In this document: positions 20,537 to 38,686 of the stretch, in pieces
How the letters are laid out: each line of letters starts with the position of its first letter
How positions within the stretch are numbered: the stretch's first letter is position 1
Source: an uncultured Bacillus sp.
GTDB taxonomy: Bacteria; Bacillota; Bacilli; Bacillales; Cytobacillaceae
Direction: 5' to 3'
Length of the DNA: 58,300 nt
Assembly (NCBI GenBank): GCA_937894355.1
Contig: CALCRD010000147.1
Coordinates: 1-58,300, forward strand
The notes under the pieces: model-generated
The model's database searches: none
What the model saw: the letters and a program-made list of their open reading frames with translations, nothing else
What the model was told of the DNA's origin: nothing
Made by a program: the position numbers and the translations under genes

Positions 20537-23500
20537 TTGACAGGTCAACTAGTTCAGTATGGACGACACCGCCAACGTAGAAGTTATGCACGAATCAGTG
20601 AAGTATTAGAGTTACCAAATCTCATTGAAATCCAAACCTTTTCATATCAGTGGTTTCTCGATGAGGGTTTACGGGAAATGTTTCAGGATATTTCTCCGAT
20701 CGAAGACTTTACTGGCAATCTATCGCTGGAATTTATCGATTACAGCTTAGGTGATTCAAAGTATTCCGTTGAGGAGTCAAAAGAACGTGACGTGACCTAT
20801 TCTGCTCCGTTAAGAGTAAAGGTACGTCTTGTTAACAAAGAAACTGGTGAAGTAAAAGACCAGGATGTATTTATGGGAGACTTCCCACTAATGACTGAAA
20901 CAGGGACTTTCGTTATTAATGGTGCAGAACGTGTCATTGTTTCTCAGTTAGTCCGTTCACCTAGTGTATACTTCAGTGGAAAACTGGATAAGAACGGGAA
21001 GAAAGGGTTTACAGCTACAGTAATCCCGAACCGTGGTGCTTGGCTAGAGTATGAAACAGATGCTAAGGACGTTGTGTATGTTAGGATCGATCGTACTCGG
21101 AAACTGCCCGTTACGGTTCTTTTGCGTTCTTTAGGATTTGGATCTGATTCTGAAATTATCGATTTAATCGGTGATAATGAATACATCCGAAATACTTTAG
21201 AAAAAGACAATACTGAAGGTACGGATAAAGCGCTATTAGAAATATATGAGCGCCTACGTCCTGGTGAGCCGCCAACAGTTGATAATGCCAAGAGTTTATT
21301 AGTTTCTCGCTTCTTTGATCCAAAACGCTACGATTTAGCAAATGTTGGGCGCTACAAGATTAATAAAAAACTCCATATTAAAAATAGACTTTTTGGACAA
21401 CAACTAGCTGAAACGCTTGTTGATCCGGAAACAGGAGAAATCATTGCTGAAAAAGGCGTTACATTAGATCGACGCACTTTAGATCGAATTCTTCCTAATC
21501 TAGAAAAAAATATTGGGTTCAAAACTGTTAATCCAGTAGGCGGAGTAGTCGAGGAAGAAATTCTGCTGCAATCAATTAAAATTTATGCTCCAAATGAAGA
21601 TGGAGAAAAAGTGATTAACGTAATTGGTAATTCCAATATCGAGGAGCAAGTGAAAAACATTACTCCGGCAGATATTATTGCGTCAATCAGTTATTTCTTT
21701 AATCTTTTACACTCGGTTGGAAATACGGATGATATTGACCATTTAGGAAACAGACGTTTACGTTCTGTTGGCGAATTGTTACAAAATCAATTCCGAATTG
21801 GTCTATCCCGGATGGAACGTGTGGTTCGTGAAAGAATGTCGATTCAGGACACGGCAACGATCACACCGCAACAACTAATAAATATTCGTCCAGTTATTGC
21901 TTCAATAAAAGAATTTTTCGGAAGTTCCCAGTTATCTCAGTTCATGGATCAAACGAATCCACTGGCTGAATTAACTCATAAACGTCGTTTATCTGCATTA
22001 GGACCGGGTGGTTTAACTCGTGAGCGCGCTGGATTTGAAGTGCGTGACGTTCATTACTCTCACTATGGTCGTATGTGTCCGATTGAAACGCCAGAGGGTC
22101 CGAATATTGGATTAATTAACTCGCTTTCTTCATTCGCCAAGGTAAATCGTTTCGGTTTCATCGAAACTCCATACCGTCGTGTCGATCCTGAAACGGGTAA
22201 AGTAACCAATCGTATCGACTATCTTACTGCTGATGAAGAGGATAACTATGTAGTTGCCCAGGCGAATGTACGTCTTGGTGATGATGGTGCTTTCCTTGAT
22301 GAAGATATTGTAGCCCGTTTCCGTGGTGAAAATACAGTTATTCATCGGGATCGAATTGATTACATGGATGTATCTCCTAAACAGGTAGTTTCTGCGGCAA
22401 CAGCGTGTATTCCGTTCTTAGAAAACGATGACTCCAACCGTGCGCTAATGGGTGCGAACATGCAACGTCAAGCTGTTCCGCTTCTGCAACCAGAAGCTCC
22501 TAGAGTGGGTACAGGTATGGAATATGTATCAGCTAAGGATTCAGGTGCAGCTGTCATTTGTAAGCATCCGGGAATTGTTGAGCATGTTGAAGCTCGTGAA
22601 GTTTGGGTGCGACGTGTTTCTGACGTAGATGGTCAAGAAACAAAAGGGAATTTAGATAAATATAGAATGCTTAAATTTGTTCGTTCTAACCAAGGGACAT
22701 GCTATAACCAACGTCCAATTGTCAGTGTTGGTGATCGTGTAGTCAAAGGAGAAATCCTTGCCGATGGACCTTCGATGGAAAAAGGTGAGTTAGCACTTGG
22801 AAGAAACGTGCTTGTTGCCTTCATGACATGGGATGGCTATAACTACGAAGATGCGATTATTATGAGTGAACGTCTTGTAAAAGACGATGTATATACATCG
22901 ATTCATATTGAGGAATATGAATCAGAATCTCGTGATACAAAATTAGGACCAGAAGAAATTACTCGTGACATTCCAAACGTTGGTGAAGATGCCCTTCGCA
23001 ACTTGGATGAGCGCGGAATTATTCGAATTGGTGCCGAAGTTAAAGATGGAGATCTTTTGGTTGGTAAAGTAACACCAAAAGGAGTCACTGAATTAACGGC
23101 TGAAGAACGCTTATTACATGCGATTTTTGGTGAAAAGGCTCGTGAAGTACGTGATACATCCCTTCGTGTTCCACACGGTGGTGGCGGTATCGTTCATGAT
23201 GTTAAAGTGTTTAATCGCGAAGATGGGGATGAACTTCCACCAGGAGTTAATCAACTTGTTCGAGCATATATTGTTCAAAAACGTAAAATTCATGAAGGCG
23301 ATAAAATGGCCGGTCGTCATGGAAACAAAGGGGTTATCTCAAGACTCCTTCCAGAAGAAGATATGCCATACCTTCCTGATGGTACACCAGTAGATATCAT
23401 GTTAAATCCATTAGGAGTTCCTTCACGGATGAATATCGGACAGGTGTTAGAGTTACATTTAGGAATGGCTGCAAGAAGCTTAGGAATTCATGTTGCTTCA

Positions 23501-24097
23501 CCAGTATTCGATGGAGCTACCGAGGAAGACGTTTGGTCAACAATTGAAGAAGCAGGTATGGCGCGAGATGCCAAAACTGTACTTTATGATGGACGATCAG
23601 GAGAACCTTTTGATAACCGAGTTTCTGTTGGGGTCATGTATATGATTAAACTGGCTCACATGGTTGACGATAAATTGCATGCTCGTTCAACAGGACCATA
23701 CTCCCTTGTTACTCAACAGCCTCTTGGAGGTAAAGCGCAATTTGGTGGACAACGTTTTGGAGAAATGGAAGTATGGGCACTTGAAGCATATGGTGCTGCG
23801 TACACATTACAAGAAATCCTAACCGTTAAATCTGATGATGTCGTTGGTCGTGTAAAAACTTATGAAGCGATTGTAAAAGGCGAAAATGTTCCAGAACCAG
23901 GTGTTCCTGAATCATTCAAGGTTCTTATTAAAGAGCTTCAAAGTTTGGGAATGGATGTTAAAATCCTGTCAGGTGACGAACAAGAGATTGAAATGCGTGA
24001 TACAGAAGACGAAGAAGAAATTCAACAGGCTGAGTCTTTGACAATAGCGCCAGAACCGGAAAGTTTCGAAACAGAAGCAGTGGGAATAAAAGAATAA
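20537..24097 (+). CDS. rpoB: RNA polymerase beta subunit
   Basis: [33 protein letters not shown]; TTG start after GAGGGGTG. Confidence 0.99.
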   Translation: MTGQLVQYGRHRQRRSYARISEVLELPNLIEIQTFSYQWFLDEGLREMFQDISPIEDFTGNLSLEFIDYSLGDSKYSVEESKERDVTYSAPLRVKVRLVNKETGEVKDQDVFMGDFPLMTETGTFVINGAERVIVSQLVRSPSVYFSGKLDKNGKKGFTATVIPNRGAWLEYETDAKDVVYVRIDRTRKLPVTVLLRSLGFGSDSEIIDLIGDNEYIRNTLEKDNTEGTDKALLEIYERLRPGEPPTVDNAKSLLVSRFFDPKRYDLANVGRYKINKKLHIKNRLFGQQLAETLVDPETGEIIAEKGVTLDRRTLDRILPNLEKNIGFKTVNPVGGVVEEEILLQSIKIYAPNEDGEKVINVIGNSNIEEQVKNITPADIIASISYFFNLLHSVGNTDDIDHLGNRRLRSVGELLQNQFRIGLSRMERVVRERMSIQDTATITPQQLINIRPVIASIKEFFGSSQLSQFMDQTNPLAELTHKRRLSALGPGGLTRERAGFEVRDVHYSHYGRMCPIETPEGPNIGLINSLSSFAKVNRFGFIETPYRRVDPETGKVTNRIDYLTADEEDNYVVAQANVRLGDDGAFLDEDIVARFRGENTVIHRDRIDYMDVSPKQVVSAATACIPFLENDDSNRALMGANMQRQAVPLLQPEAPRVGTGMEYVSAKDSGAAVICKHPGIVEHVEAREVWVRRVSDVDGQETKGNLDKYRMLKFVRSNQGTCYNQRPIVSVGDRVVKGEILADGPSMEKGELALGRNVLVAFMTWDGYNYEDAIIMSERLVKDDVYTSIHIEEYESESRDTKLGPEEITRDIPNVGEDALRNLDERGIIRIGAEVKDGDLLVGKVTPKGVTELTAEERLLHAIFGEKAREVRDTSLRVPHGGGGIVHDVKVFNREDGDELPPGVNQLVRAYIVQKRKIHEGDKMAGRHGNKGVISRLLPEEDMPYLPDGTPVDIMLNPLGVPSRMNIGQVLELHLGMAARSLGIHVASPVFDGATEEDVWSTIEEAGMARDAKTVLYDGRSGEPFDNRVSVGVMYMIKLAHMVDDKLHARSTGPYSLVTQQPLGGKAQFGGQRFGEMEVWALEAYGAAYTLQEILTVKSDDVVGRVKTYEAIVKGENVPEPGVPESFKVLIKELQSLGMDVKILSGDEQEIEMRDTEDEEEIQQAESLTIAPEPESFETEAVGIKE

Positions 24098-24261
24098 TAT
24101 AGCATTAAGGCTCAGTGGGTATTTAGGAAAACTCACTGAGCATTCCTAGTTATTTTTAACAAAAATGATAGGACAGCCAGTAATTTTTCGCTAGATGACA
24201 TCACCCACTAACAAGTGTAAATAAGGGTAGAACCTGAAAGATCAAAAGGGAGGTAGGCCCC

Positions 24262-27200
24262 TTGCTAGATGTAAATAATTTTGAGTTTATGAAAATTGGT
24301 TTGGCATCACCGGATAAAATTCGCTCGTGGTCATTTGGTGAAGTAAAGAAACCAGAAACAATTAACTATCGTACACTAAAGCCGGAAAAAGATGGTTTGT
24401 TTTGTGAACGAATTTTTGGTCCTCAAAAGGACTGGGAATGTCATTGTGGAAAGTACAAGCGTGTTCGCTATAAAGGTGTTGTATGTGACCGTTGTGGCGT
24501 AGAAGTAACACGTGCAAAGGTTCGTCGTGAACGCATGGGTCACATCGAATTAGCTGCACCAGTATCACATATTTGGTATTTCAAAGGAATCCCTAGTCGA
24601 ATGGGACTTGTCCTTGATATGTCTCCACGTGCGCTTGAAGAAGTTATCTACTTTGCATCATATGTGGTAACTGAATCAGCAGATACGGCTCTTGAAAAGA
24701 AACAGCTGCTTTCAGAAAAAGAGTACCGTGCATACCGAGATAAATACGGGAATAAATTCCAAGCGTCAATGGGCGCAGAAGCCATTAAAAAGCTTTTATT
24801 TGATATCGACTTAGAAAAAGAAGTTGATGCGTTAAAAGAAGAATTAAAAACAGCACAAGGGCAACGTCGTACTCGGGCAATTAAACGCTTAGAAGTATTG
24901 GAAGCATTCCGTGGCTCAGGTAATGAACCATCTTGGATGATTTTAGATGTACTTCCAGTTATTCCACCGGAATTACGTCCAATGGTTCAGTTAGATGGTG
25001 GTCGTTTTGCCACATCGGATTTAAATGACTTGTATCGCCGTGTTATTAATCGGAACAATCGTCTAAAGCGTTTATTAGATTTAGGTGCACCTAGCATTAT
25101 TGTTCAAAATGAAAAACGGATGCTTCAAGAAGCAGTTGATGCTTTAATTGATAACGGTCGTCGTGGTCGTCCAGTAACTGGACCAGGTAACCGTCCGTTA
25201 AAATCTTTATCACATATGCTAAAGGGAAAACAAGGTCGTTTCCGTCAAAACTTACTTGGTAAACGTGTAGATTACTCTGGTCGTTCTGTAATCGTTGTTG
25301 GACCGAACTTAAAAATGTATCAATGCGGATTGCCAAAAGAAATGGCTTTAGAATTGTTCAAGCCATTCGTTATGAAAGAACTAGTTGAAAAAGGACTAGC
25401 TCATAACATTAAATCAGCAAAACGTAAAATAGAACGAGTAAATCCAGAGGTTTGGGATGTACTTGAAGAAGTAATTAGAGAACATCCAGTATTATTAAAC
25501 CGTGCTCCGACACTTCACCGTTTAGGGATTCAAGCATTTGAACCTACGTTGGTGGAAGGTCGTGCTATCCGTCTTCATCCATTAGTATGTACAGCATATA
25601 ACGCTGACTTTGATGGTGACCAAATGGCGGTACACGTACCATTATCTGCTGAAGCTCAAGCAGAAGCACGATTATTAATGTTGGCAGCTCAAAACATCTT
25701 GAATCCGAAAGATGGAAAACCAGTTGTTACTCCATCTCAGGATATGGTATTAGGAAATTATTATTTAACGATGGAACGCGAAGGTGCGATTGGAGAAGGT
25801 ATGATCTTTAAAGATCGTAACGAAGCCCTAATTGCTTACCAAAACGGCTATGTGCATCTGCATTCTAGAGTAGCTGTGCATGCTGGATCTTTAAATAACG
25901 AAACCTTTACCGAAGAACAAAACAGCAAATTATTAATGACAACGGTCGGAAAATTAATCTTTAACGAGATTTTACCAGAATCGTTCCCATATATTAACGA
26001 ACCAACCAAGACTAATCTAGAGGAAGAAACACCTGTTAGATACTTTGTTGAAAAGGGAACTGACGTAAAAGCTGTCATTGAAAAAATGCCTTTAGTGGAT
26101 CCATTTAAAAAGAAAATTCTTGGGAACATCATTGCGGAAGTATTTAAACGTTTCAAAATTACTGAAACCTCTAAAATGCTTGATCGGATGAAGGACCTAG
26201 GATTTAAACATTCTACAAAAGCAGGGATTACTGTTGGGGTAGCTGATATCGTCGTTCTAGCTGAAAAACAACAGATTATCCAAGAAGCCCAAAGTAAAGT
26301 TGATAACGTTATGAAACAGTTCAGACGCGGATTAATTACCGAGGATGAGCGTTACGACCGCGTTATTTCCATTTGGAGTTCTGCGAAAGATATCATCCAA
26401 GCGAAACTGATGATGTCCTTAGATAAAACAAACCCAATCTTTATGATGAGTGATTCTGGAGCGCGGGGTAACGCATCCAACTTTACACAGTTAGCTGGTA
26501 TGCGTGGACTAATGGCCAACCCGGCTGGACGAATTATCGAATTACCGATCATCTCAAGTTTCCGTGAAGGATTAACAGTATTAGAATACTTTATTTCTAC
26601 ACATGGAGCGCGGAAAGGTTTGGCTGATACAGCACTTAAAACTGCTGACTCAGGTTACCTGACTCGCCGCTTGGTTGACGTAGCTCAAGACGTAATCGTC
26701 CGTCAAGATGACTGTGGTACAGACCGCGGTTTACTAATCAGATCTCTTAAAGATGGCACTGAAGTAATCGAGCCATTGGATGAACGTTTACTAGGTAGAT
26801 ATGCTAGAAAAGCGATCAAACATCCAGTTACAAATAAAGTAATTGTTCCAGAAAACGGTCTAATAACCGAAGATCTGACAGTTGAAGTTTCTGAAGCAAA
26901 TGTTGAAGAGGTTTGGATTCGTTCCGCCTTTACATGTAACACACGCCATGGAGTATGTAAAAAATGTTACGGTCGCAACTTGGCAACTGGTCAAGAGGTT
27001 GAAGTCGGTGAAGCAGTAGGAATCATCGCGGCTCAATCAATTGGGGAACCAGGAACACAGTTAACGATGCGTACATTCCATACAGGTGGGGTAGCTGGAG
27101 ACGATATCACTCAAGGTTTACCTCGTATTCAAGAATTATTTGAAGCACGTAATCCTAAAGGACAATCGGTTATTTCGGAAATTGAAGGGGTTGTGGTCGG

Positions 27201-27861
27201 AATTAATGAAGGCCGCGATCGTCAACACGAAATTATCGTCCAAAGTGATATTGAAAGCCGCACATACACAGCACCATATACTGCAAGATTAAAAGTAGCA
27301 ATAAATGATCGTGTACAACGCGGTGAGGAACTTACTGAAGGTTCTATAGATCCAAAAGAATTATTACGCGTTACCGATATGACTACTGTCCAAGAATACT
27401 TGCTTCGTGAAGTACAAAAAGTATATCGGATGCAAGGGGTAGAAATCGGAGATAAACATATTGAGGTTATGGTTCGCCAAATGCTAAGGAAAGTTCGAGT
27501 AATCGATTCTGGAGAAACAGAAGTTTTACCAGGTGCGCTTCTTGATATCCATCAGTTCACTGACGCCAATGAAAAGGCATTATTATCTGGAAAAATGCCA
27601 GCAACCGGACGACCAGTTTTACTTGGTATTACCAAAGCGTCCCTTGAAACTGACTCCTTCTTATCAGCAGCATCGTTCCAAGAAACTACACGTGTTCTTA
27701 CCGATGCCGCTATTAAAGGAAAACGAGATGAATTACTCGGTCTAAAAGAGAACGTAATCATTGGTAAACTTGTTCCAGCAGGAACAGGAATGCAAAGATA
27801 CCGTCGTGCCGAACCAGCTCTTCAAGATGAAGAACAGGAAAATAAAGTGACAGTTGAATAG
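24262..27861 (+). CDS. rpoC: RNA polymerase beta' subunit
   Basis: NADFDGDQM catalytic motif; Zn-binding cysteines; TTG start. Confidence 0.99.
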   Translation: MLDVNNFEFMKIGLASPDKIRSWSFGEVKKPETINYRTLKPEKDGLFCERIFGPQKDWECHCGKYKRVRYKGVVCDRCGVEVTRAKVRRERMGHIELAAPVSHIWYFKGIPSRMGLVLDMSPRALEEVIYFASYVVTESADTALEKKQLLSEKEYRAYRDKYGNKFQASMGAEAIKKLLFDIDLEKEVDALKEELKTAQGQRRTRAIKRLEVLEAFRGSGNEPSWMILDVLPVIPPELRPMVQLDGGRFATSDLNDLYRRVINRNNRLKRLLDLGAPSIIVQNEKRMLQEAVDALIDNGRRGRPVTGPGNRPLKSLSHMLKGKQGRFRQNLLGKRVDYSGRSVIVVGPNLKMYQCGLPKEMALELFKPFVMKELVEKGLAHNIKSAKRKIERVNPEVWDVLEEVIREHPVLLNRAPTLHRLGIQAFEPTLVEGRAIRLHPLVCTAYNADFDGDQMAVHVPLSAEAQAEARLLMLAAQNILNPKDGKPVVTPSQDMVLGNYYLTMEREGAIGEGMIFKDRNEALIAYQNGYVHLHSRVAVHAGSLNNETFTEEQNSKLLMTTVGKLIFNEILPESFPYINEPTKTNLEEETPVRYFVEKGTDVKAVIEKMPLVDPFKKKILGNIIAEVFKRFKITETSKMLDRMKDLGFKHSTKAGITVGVADIVVLAEKQQIIQEAQSKVDNVMKQFRRGLITEDERYDRVISIWSSAKDIIQAKLMMSLDKTNPIFMMSDSGARGNASNFTQLAGMRGLMANPAGRIIELPIISSFREGLTVLEYFISTHGARKGLADTALKTADSGYLTRRLVDVAQDVIVRQDDCGTDRGLLIRSLKDGTEVIEPLDERLLGRYARKAIKHPVTNKVIVPENGLITEDLTVEVSEANVEEVWIRSAFTCNTRHGVCKKCYGRNLATGQEVEVGEAVGIIAAQSIGEPGTQLTMRTFHTGGVAGDDITQGLPRIQELFEARNPKGQSVISEIEGVVVGINEGRDRQHEIIVQSDIESRTYTAPYTARLKVAINDRVQRGEELTEGSIDPKELLRVTDMTTVQEYLLREVQKVYRMQGVEIGDKHIEVMVRQMLRKVRVIDSGETEVLPGALLDIHQFTDANEKALLSGKMPATGRPVLLGITKASLETDSFLSAASFQETTRVLTDAAIKGKRDELLGLKENVIIGKLVPAGTGMQRYRRAEPALQDEEQENKVTVE

Positions 27862-27873
27862 TTTTTAATAGAG

Positions 27874-27912
27874 ATGCGGTGCCTCGGGTAGACCGTGTGC
27901 ATCGCATTTTTT
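27874..27912 (+). terminator. Intrinsic terminator after rpoC
   Basis: ATGCGGTGC...GCATCGCAT followed by T run. Confidence 0.7.
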
Positions 27913-27952
27913 CTATTTAGGCTATTCCATCAAAAATATTTATCATGATATG

Positions 27953-27981
27953 TTGACATTGATTTGCCAAGGTGATAATAT
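27953..27981 (+). promoter_or_regulatory. SigA-type promoter for ybxF-rpsL operon
   Basis: TTGACA, 17 bp, TAATAT with extended TG. Confidence 0.7.
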
Positions 27982-28025
27982 ATCATAGGTGCTCCTATAT
28001 ACCTGATACTTTGGAGGATATAAAA

Positions 28026-28800
<775 letters not shown>

Positions 28801-28805
28801 TTTGA

Positions 28806-29312
<507 letters not shown>

Positions 29313-29360
29313 TCGTACCTTCAAAAATAAAACACTCATACATGGAAGGAGAAAGACCAA

Positions 29361-31439
29361 ATGGCTAGAGAGTTCTCCTTGGATAAAACTCGTAACATCG
29401 GAATTATGGCTCATATTGATGCCGGTAAAACAACTACAACTGAGCGTGTCCTTTATTACACTGGTCGTATTCATAAGATCGGTGAAACGCATGAAGGTGC
29501 TTCTCAAATGGACTGGATGGAGCAAGAACAAGAACGTGGAATCACGATTACTTCTGCTGCAACAACTGCAGCATGGAAGGGACATCGTGTAAACATCATT
29601 GACACACCAGGACACGTGGACTTCACTGTTGAAGTTGAACGTTCTTTACGTGTACTTGATGGTGCTGTTGCAGTTCTTGATGCTCAATCTGGTGTTGAAC
29701 CACAAACAGAAACAGTTTGGCGTCAAGCAACTACTTATGGAGTTCCACGTGTAGTGTTTGTTAATAAGATGGACAAGATTGGTGCTGACTTCTTATATTC
29801 AGTTGGTACAATCCATGACCGTCTTCAAGCAAATGCACATCCAATTCAACTGCCAATCGGTGCTGAAGATCAATTTAGTGCAATCATTGACCTTGTGGAA
29901 ATGAAGGCACATTTCTTCGCAAACGACCTTGGTACTGATATTGAAGTTGGGGAAATTCCTGAAGAATATCAAGCACAAGCTGAAGAATATCGTGAAAAAT
30001 TGGTTGAAGCAGTAGCTGAACTTGATGAAGAATTAATGGAAAAATACCTTGGCGGAGAAGAAATTAGCGTAGCTGAGCTAAAAGCTGGAATCCGTAAAGG
30101 TACAAATAATGTTGAGTTTTACCCAGTTATCTGTGGTTCAGCATTTAAAAACAAAGGCGTTCAATTAATGCTTGATGCAGTAATTGACTATCTTCCATCT
30201 CCGTTAGATGTACCAGCTATTAAAGGTACTCTACCAGATTCAGAGGAAGAAGTTGAACGTCATTCAGATGACAGTGAGCCATTCTCTGCACTAGCATTTA
30301 AAGTAATGACAGATCCTTATGTAGGGAAATTAACATTCTTCCGTGTGTACTCTGGTACATTAAGTTCTGGATCTTATGTTCAGAACTCTACAAAGGGAAA
30401 ACGCGAACGTATCGGTCGTATTCTACAAATGCACGCAAACAGCCGTCAAGAAATCTCTATGGTTTTTGCTGGTGATATTGCTGCTGCTGTAGGTTTAAAA
30501 GATACTACAACTGGTGATACTCTGTGTGACGAGAAAAACACAGTTATTCTAGAGTCTATGGTATTCCCAGAGCCAGTAATTCAACTTTCTGTTGAGCCAA
30601 AATCAAAAGCAGACCAAGACAAAATGACTACTGCTTTGCAAAAGCTTCAAGAAGAAGACCCAACTTTCCGCGCACACACTGACCAGGAAACTGGACAAAT
30701 CATTATCGCAGGTATGGGTGAGCTTCACCTAGATATCCTCGTTGACCGTATGCGTCGTGAGTTCAAAGTTGAAGCAAACGTTGGTGCACCTCAGGTTGCC
30801 TATCGTGAAACTTTCCGTTCATCTGCATCAGTTGAAGGAAAATTTGCTCGTCAGTCTGGTGGACGCGGTCAATACGGACACGTATGGATCGAATTCGGTC
30901 CTAATGATGAAGGTAAAGGCTTCGAATTTGTTAATGGAATCGTCGGTGGGGTTGTTCCTCGTGAATATATTCCAGCTGTACAAGCAGGTCTTGAAGATTC
31001 TCTTAATAGAGGGGTACTTGCAGGTTATCCGCTTGTTGACATTAAAGCTAGACTATTTGATGGTTCTTACCATGATGTTGACTCAAGTGAAATGGCGTTT
31101 AAAATTGCTGCATCCATGGCACTTAAAAACGCTGCTTCTAAATGTAGCCCTGTAATTCTTGAACCAGTTATGAGAGTTGAAGTTGTTGTTCCAGAAGAAT
31201 ACCTAGGAGACATCATGGGTATGCTAACAGCTCGTCGTGGACGTGTTGAAGGTATGGAAGCACGCGGAAACGCTCAAGTTGTTCGCTCAATGGTTCCACT
31301 TTCTGAAATGTTCGGTTATGCAACATCTTTACGTTCAAGCACTCAAGGACGTGGTGTGTTCTCAATGCATTTCGATCACTATGAAGAAGTACCTAAATCA
31401 ATTTCTGAAGAAATTATCAAAAAAAATAAAGGTGAGTAA
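29361..31439 (+). CDS. fusA: Elongation factor G
   Basis: [18 protein letters not shown]. Confidence 0.99.
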   Translation: MAREFSLDKTRNIGIMAHIDAGKTTTTERVLYYTGRIHKIGETHEGASQMDWMEQEQERGITITSAATTAAWKGHRVNIIDTPGHVDFTVEVERSLRVLDGAVAVLDAQSGVEPQTETVWRQATTYGVPRVVFVNKMDKIGADFLYSVGTIHDRLQANAHPIQLPIGAEDQFSAIIDLVEMKAHFFANDLGTDIEVGEIPEEYQAQAEEYREKLVEAVAELDEELMEKYLGGEEISVAELKAGIRKGTNNVEFYPVICGSAFKNKGVQLMLDAVIDYLPSPLDVPAIKGTLPDSEEEVERHSDDSEPFSALAFKVMTDPYVGKLTFFRVYSGTLSSGSYVQNSTKGKRERIGRILQMHANSRQEISMVFAGDIAAAVGLKDTTTGDTLCDEKNTVILESMVFPEPVIQLSVEPKSKADQDKMTTALQKLQEEDPTFRAHTDQETGQIIIAGMGELHLDILVDRMRREFKVEANVGAPQVAYRETFRSSASVEGKFARQSGGRGQYGHVWIEFGPNDEGKGFEFVNGIVGGVVPREYIPAVQAGLEDSLNRGVLAGYPLVDIKARLFDGSYHDVDSSEMAFKIAASMALKNAASKCSPVILEPVMRVEVVVPEEYLGDIMGMLTARRGRVEGMEARGNAQVVRSMVPLSEMFGYATSLRSSTQGRGVFSMHFDHYEEVPKSISEEIIKKNKGE

Positions 31440-31468
31440 TTGATTTTACCACTTTAATAAAGTATAAA
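31440..31468 (+). promoter_or_regulatory. Probable internal SigA-type promoter for tuf
   Basis: TTGATT, 17 bp, TATAAA. Confidence 0.6.
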
Positions 31469-31570
31469 TTTAAATGTAAGCTTTGGGATTTTGTGGAGAT
31501 TGGCTTTTCAATCTTCATAATTCCCATCAATACTTAACTATTTCTTTTAAAATCAAAGGAGGAAATCCTA

Positions 31571-32758
31571 ATGGCAAAAGCTAAATTCGACCGTTCAAAG
31601 CCGCATGTTAACATCGGTACAATCGGTCACGTTGACCATGGTAAAACAACTTTAACAGCAGCAATCACTTCTGTATTAGCAAAAGTGGGTGGAGCAGAAG
31701 CACGCGGATATGATCAAATCGATGGTGCTCCAGAAGAAAAAGAACGTGGTATCACAATCTCAACTTCACACGTAGAATATGAAACAGCATCTCGTCACTA
31801 CGCACACGTTGACTGCCCAGGACATGCTGACTATGTTAAAAACATGATCACAGGTGCTGCTCAAATGGACGGCGGTATCTTAGTTGTATCTGCAGCTGAC
31901 GGTCCAATGCCACAAACTCGTGAGCACATCCTTCTTTCTCGTCAAGTAGGTGTACCACACCTTGTTGTATTCATGAACAAATGTGATATGGTTGATGACG
32001 AAGAATTACTTGAATTAGTTGAAATGGAAATTCGTGACCTACTTTCTGAATACGATTTTCCTGGCGATGATATTCCAGTTATCAAAGGTTCTGCATTAAA
32101 AGCACTTGAAGGCGAACCAGAATGGGAAGAAAAAATCAATGAACTAATGACTGCTGTTGATGAATATATCCCAACACCAGCTCGTGATACTGAAAAACCA
32201 TTCATGATGCCTATCGAGGATGTTTTCTCAATCACTGGTCGTGGAACTGTTGCTACTGGACGTGTTGAGCGTGGAGTAGTTAAAGTTGGAGACGTAGTTC
32301 AAATCGTAGGTCTCACTGAAGAACCAAAATCTACAACTGTTACTGGTGTAGAAATGTTCCGTAAGCTTCTTGATTATGCAGAAGCTGGAGACAACATCGG
32401 TGCTCTTCTTCGTGGGGTAGCTCGTGAAGAAATCGAACGTGGACAAGTTTTAGCAAAACCAGGTTCAATCACACCACACACTAAGTTCAAAGCTCAAGTT
32501 TATGTATTATCAAAAGAAGAAGGCGGACGTCATACTCCATTCTTCTCAAACTATCGTCCACAATTCTATTTCCGTACTTCTGATATTACTGGTATTTGTA
32601 ATCTTCCAGAAGGCGTAGAAATGGTTATGCCTGGTGATAACATCGAAATGACAGTAGAACTTATCGCTCCAATCGCTATCGAAGAAGGTACTAAGTTCTC
32701 AATCCGTGAAGGTGGCCGTACAGTAGGCGCTGGATCAGTTTCTTCTATTACAGAGTAA
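31571..32758 (+). CDS. tuf: Elongation factor Tu
   Basis: [17 protein letters not shown]. Confidence 0.99.
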   Translation: MAKAKFDRSKPHVNIGTIGHVDHGKTTLTAAITSVLAKVGGAEARGYDQIDGAPEEKERGITISTSHVEYETASRHYAHVDCPGHADYVKNMITGAAQMDGGILVVSAADGPMPQTREHILLSRQVGVPHLVVFMNKCDMVDDEELLELVEMEIRDLLSEYDFPGDDIPVIKGSALKALEGEPEWEEKINELMTAVDEYIPTPARDTEKPFMMPIEDVFSITGRGTVATGRVERGVVKVGDVVQIVGLTEEPKSTTVTGVEMFRKLLDYAEAGDNIGALLRGVAREEIERGQVLAKPGSITPHTKFKAQVYVLSKEEGGRHTPFFSNYRPQFYFRTSDITGICNLPEGVEMVMPGDNIEMTVELIAPIAIEEGTKFSIREGGRTVGAGSVSSITE

Positions 32759-32777
32759 TTTAAGAAATAACATATAG

Positions 32778-32813
32778 AAAGGCAGTTGGGTGACGACCCG
32801 GCTGCCTTTTTTT
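32778..32813 (+). terminator. Intrinsic terminator after tuf
   Basis: AAAGGCAGTTGGGT-GACG-ACCCGGCTGCCTTT plus T run. Confidence 0.9.
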
Positions 32814-32851
32814 CTTTCAATTTTTAAAGACCATTGTTGATATTTAACGAC

Positions 32852-32918
32852 CTGTTGATTGGAGTGGAGGCTTCGTGCGAGCCCGCGGAAAGCAAGTGCC
32901 TGGAACGGAAATCAACAG
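32852..32918. repeat. Palindromic interspersed repeat, internally deleted copy
   Basis: CTGTTGATTGGAGTGGAGGC...GCCCGCGGAAAGCAAGTGCCTGGAACGGAAATCAACAG; both ends match 15430-15561. Confidence 0.8.
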
Positions 32919-32976
32919 CCTAGTTTAACAGAGCCTTTTTTAAAACAAATGAAGATGATCCGCGCTGATTTATCTC

Positions 32977-33074
32977 TTGCAATATACAGTTTGAGTAGCT
33001 ATAATAGTAAAAGTATGCGAAACATAAAAGACTGACAAATAATTGTTGCATTCTTCTTATGTATTCTGTATAAT
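32977..33074 (+). promoter_or_regulatory. Tandem SigA promoters of the S10 operon
   Basis: TTGCAA-17-TATAAT (32977-33005) and TTGCAT-17-TATAAT (33046-33074). Confidence 0.8.
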
Positions 33075-33080
33075 AAACAA

Positions 33081-33514
<434 letters not shown>

Positions 33515-33553
33515 TCGAATAAATAATGAAGAAAAACAGGAGGTGTGACTATA

Positions 33554-34174
33554 ATGACCAAAGGAATCTTAGGAAGAAAAATCGGTATGACTCAAGTTTT
33601 TGCTGAAAATGGTGAACTTATCCCCGTAACTGTTGTTGCAGCAGCTGCTAACGTAGTTCTTCAAGTTAAATCTGTTGAAACAGATGGTTACGAAGCAGTT
33701 CAAATTGGTTTTGAAGATAAGCGTGAAAAGCTTTCCAACAAACCAGAAAAAGGCCATGTAAATAAAGCAAATACTGCTCCTAAGCGCTTCGTTCGCGAAT
33801 TCCGCGACATGAATCTAGGTGAAGTAGGTCAGGAAGTCAAAGTTAGTATTTTTGCAGAAGGCGATATTGTTGATGTAACTGGAGTATCAAAAGGTAAAGG
33901 TTTCCAAGGTGTAATTAAACGCCACGGACAATCTCGCGGACCAATGGCTCATGGTTCTCGTTACCATCGTCGCCCTGGTTCAATGGGACCTGTAGCTCCA
34001 AACCGTGTATTCAAAGGTAAATTATTACCAGGAAGAATGGGTGGAGATCAAGTTACAGTTCAAAACTTAGAGATTGTGAAAGTTGATGCTGAACGTAACT
34101 TGCTTTTAATCAAAGGTAACGTACCTGGACCTAAAAAGGCATTACTTAAAATTAAAAGTGCGGTAAAAGCATAG
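33554..34174 (+). CDS. rplC: 50S ribosomal protein L3
   Basis: [24 protein letters not shown]. Confidence 0.99.
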   Translation: MTKGILGRKIGMTQVFAENGELIPVTVVAAAANVVLQVKSVETDGYEAVQIGFEDKREKLSNKPEKGHVNKANTAPKRFVREFRDMNLGEVGQEVKVSIFAEGDIVDVTGVSKGKGFQGVIKRHGQSRGPMAHGSRYHRRPGSMGPVAPNRVFKGKLLPGRMGGDQVTVQNLEIVKVDAERNLLLIKGNVPGPKKALLKIKSAVKA

Positions 34175-34202
34175 TAACTTTCCATAGAAAGGAGGAAAAG
34201 CA

Positions 34203-34826
34203 ATGCCGAAAGTAGCGTTATATAACCAAAGCGGATCACAAGTTGGTGAAATCGAGCTTAATGATTCAGTTTTTGGTATCGAGCCAAATAACCACGTGTT
34301 ATTTGAAGCGGTAATTATGCAAAGAGCTTCTTTGCGTCAAGGAAATCACAAAACAAAAGTTCGCTCTGAAATTTCTGGCGGTGGCCGTAAACCATGGAAA
34401 CAAAAAGGAACTGGACGTGCTCGTCAAGGTTCAATTCGTTCTCCACAATGGCGCGGTGGTGGTACAGTGTTTGGTCCTGTTCCACGTAGCTACAGCTATA
34501 AATTACCGAAGAAAGTACGCCGTTTAGCAATTAAGTCTGCGCTTTCTTCAAAAGTATTAGAAGAAAACATTCTTGTATTAGATACCCTAGCTTTTGAAGC
34601 GCCAAAAACAAAAGAATTCACAGCTGTACTAAAAGGTCTGTCTGTAGATTCTAAAGCTTTGATCGTAACTGCAAACTTAGATGAAAACGTAGCATTATCT
34701 GCTCGTAATATTCCTGGAGTAACAGTTGTGACTGCTACCGGAGTTAATGTTTTGGATGTTTTGAATCATGATAAATTAATCATGACAAAAGCAGCGGTTG
34801 AAAAAGTAGAGGAGGTGCTTGCATAA
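34203..34826 (+). CDS. rplD: 50S ribosomal protein L4
   Basis: [15 protein letters not shown]. Confidence 0.99.
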   Translation: MPKVALYNQSGSQVGEIELNDSVFGIEPNNHVLFEAVIMQRASLRQGNHKTKVRSEISGGGRKPWKQKGTGRARQGSIRSPQWRGGGTVFGPVPRSYSYKLPKKVRRLAIKSALSSKVLEENILVLDTLAFEAPKTKEFTAVLKGLSVDSKALIVTANLDENVALSARNIPGVTVVTATGVNVLDVLNHDKLIMTKAAVEKVEEVLA

Positions 34827-35110
34827 TGGATGCACGCGATATCATTAAGCGCCCCGTTATTACTGAACGTTCAAGTGAGGCAATGGCTGACAAAAAGTAC
34901 ACTTTTGAAGTGGACGTAAGAGCTAATAAGACTCAAGTAAAAGATGCTATCCAAGAAATTTTTGGCGTAAGAGTAGAAAAAGTTAACGTGATGAATTACA
35001 AAGGTAAATTCAAACGTATGGGTAAGTTCGGCGGATATACTAACAAACGCCGTAAAGCAATTATTACCCTAACTAAAGAAAGCAAAGAAATCGAATTCTT
35101 TGAAGTCTAA
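34826..35110 (+). CDS. rplW: 50S ribosomal protein L23
   Basis: [16 protein letters not shown]; TAATG coupling with rplD. Confidence 0.99.
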   Translation: MDARDIIKRPVITERSSEAMADKKYTFEVDVRANKTQVKDAIQEIFGVRVEKVNVMNYKGKFKRMGKFGGYTNKRRKAIITLTKESKEIEFFEV

Positions 35111-35118
35111 TTTTATAA

Positions 35119-35970
<852 letters not shown>

Positions 35971-36030
35971 CGGGATTGAACTACGGTTCATCAAACGAAC
36001 CGTAGAACGGTCACGAAGGGAGGTACAGCT

Positions 36031-36309
36031 ATGGGTCGCAGCTTGAAAAAAGGACCTTTTGTTGACGAACATTTAATCAATAAGATCGAAAAGTTAAATG
36101 AAACTGAAGGCAAACAAGTAGTAAAAACTTGGTCTCGTCGTTCTACGATCTTCCCACAATTCATTGGACACACAATTGCTGTTTATGATGGTCGTAAACA
36201 TGTGCCTGTATACGTCACTGAAGACATGGTAGGACACAAGCTTGGAGAATTTGCTCCAACACGTGCTTACAGAGGTCATGCAAGTGATGATAAGAAAACA
36301 AGACGTTAA
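36031..36309 (+). CDS. rpsS: 30S ribosomal protein S19
   Basis: [19 protein letters not shown]. Confidence 0.99.
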   Translation: MGRSLKKGPFVDEHLINKIEKLNETEGKQVVKTWSRRSTIFPQFIGHTIAVYDGRKHVPVYVTEDMVGHKLGEFAPTRAYRGHASDDKKTRR

Positions 36310-36327
36310 TGAGAGGAGGGCATTCAG

Positions 36328-36669
36328 ATGCAAGCTAAAGCTGTTGCAAGAACAGTTCGTATTGCTCCTCGTAAAGCTCGTTTAGTCGTAGATTTAATTC
36401 GAGGTAAGCAAATTGGTGAAGCGGTAGCGATTTTGAAGTTAACTCCAAAAGCTGCTTCTCCAATCGTTGAGAAAGTATTGAAATCTGCCGTTGCAAACGC
36501 AGAGCATAACTATGAGATGGATATTAATAACCTAGTGGTTGCTCAAGTATTCGTGGATGAAGGACCAACATTAAAACGTTTCCGTCCTCGTGCACAAGGC
36601 CGCGCTAGCCAAATTAATAAACGTACTAGCCACATTACTATTGTGCTATCAGAAAAGAAGGAGGGATAA
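36328..36669 (+). CDS. rplV: 50S ribosomal protein L22
   Basis: [18 protein letters not shown]. Confidence 0.99.
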   Translation: MQAKAVARTVRIAPRKARLVVDLIRGKQIGEAVAILKLTPKAASPIVEKVLKSAVANAEHNYEMDINNLVVAQVFVDEGPTLKRFRPRAQGRASQINKRTSHITIVLSEKKEG

Positions 36670-37958
<1,289 letters not shown>

Positions 37959-37978
37959 TTGAGAGGAGGTTCGCCTAA

Positions 37979-38242
37979 ATGAGTGAACGTAATCAACGCA
38001 AAGTTTACACAGGACGCGTGGTTTCTGACAAAATGGACAAAACTGTTTCTGTACTTGTCGAAACATACAAAAAGCATCCTCTTTATGGTAAACGCGTGAA
38101 ATACTCTAAGAAGTTCAAAGCACATGACGAGCTTAACGAAGCTAAAATTGGCGATGTTGTTCGTATTATGGAAACTCGTCCGCTTTCTTCAACTAAGCGC
38201 TTCCGTCTTGTTGAAGTGGTAGAAAAAGCAGTTATTATTTAA
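37979..38242 (+). CDS. rpsQ: 30S ribosomal protein S17
   Basis: [17 protein letters not shown]. Confidence 0.99.
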   Translation: MSERNQRKVYTGRVVSDKMDKTVSVLVETYKKHPLYGKRVKYSKKFKAHDELNEAKIGDVVRIMETRPLSSTKRFRLVEVVEKAVII

Positions 38243-38255
38243 TTGTTCGGATTAA

Positions 38256-38651
<396 letters not shown>

Positions 38652-38686
38652 TTTAAATTCAAATGCCTTTAAGGAGGTGCACACAG

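Noticed and set aside
21920-22130. Possible rifampicin-resistance substitutions in RpoB
   Set aside because: Cluster I reads [26 protein letters not shown], the sensitive consensus
20537-27861. Inteins, introns or frameshifts in rpoB and rpoC
   Set aside because: Both are uninterrupted and of normal Bacillus length
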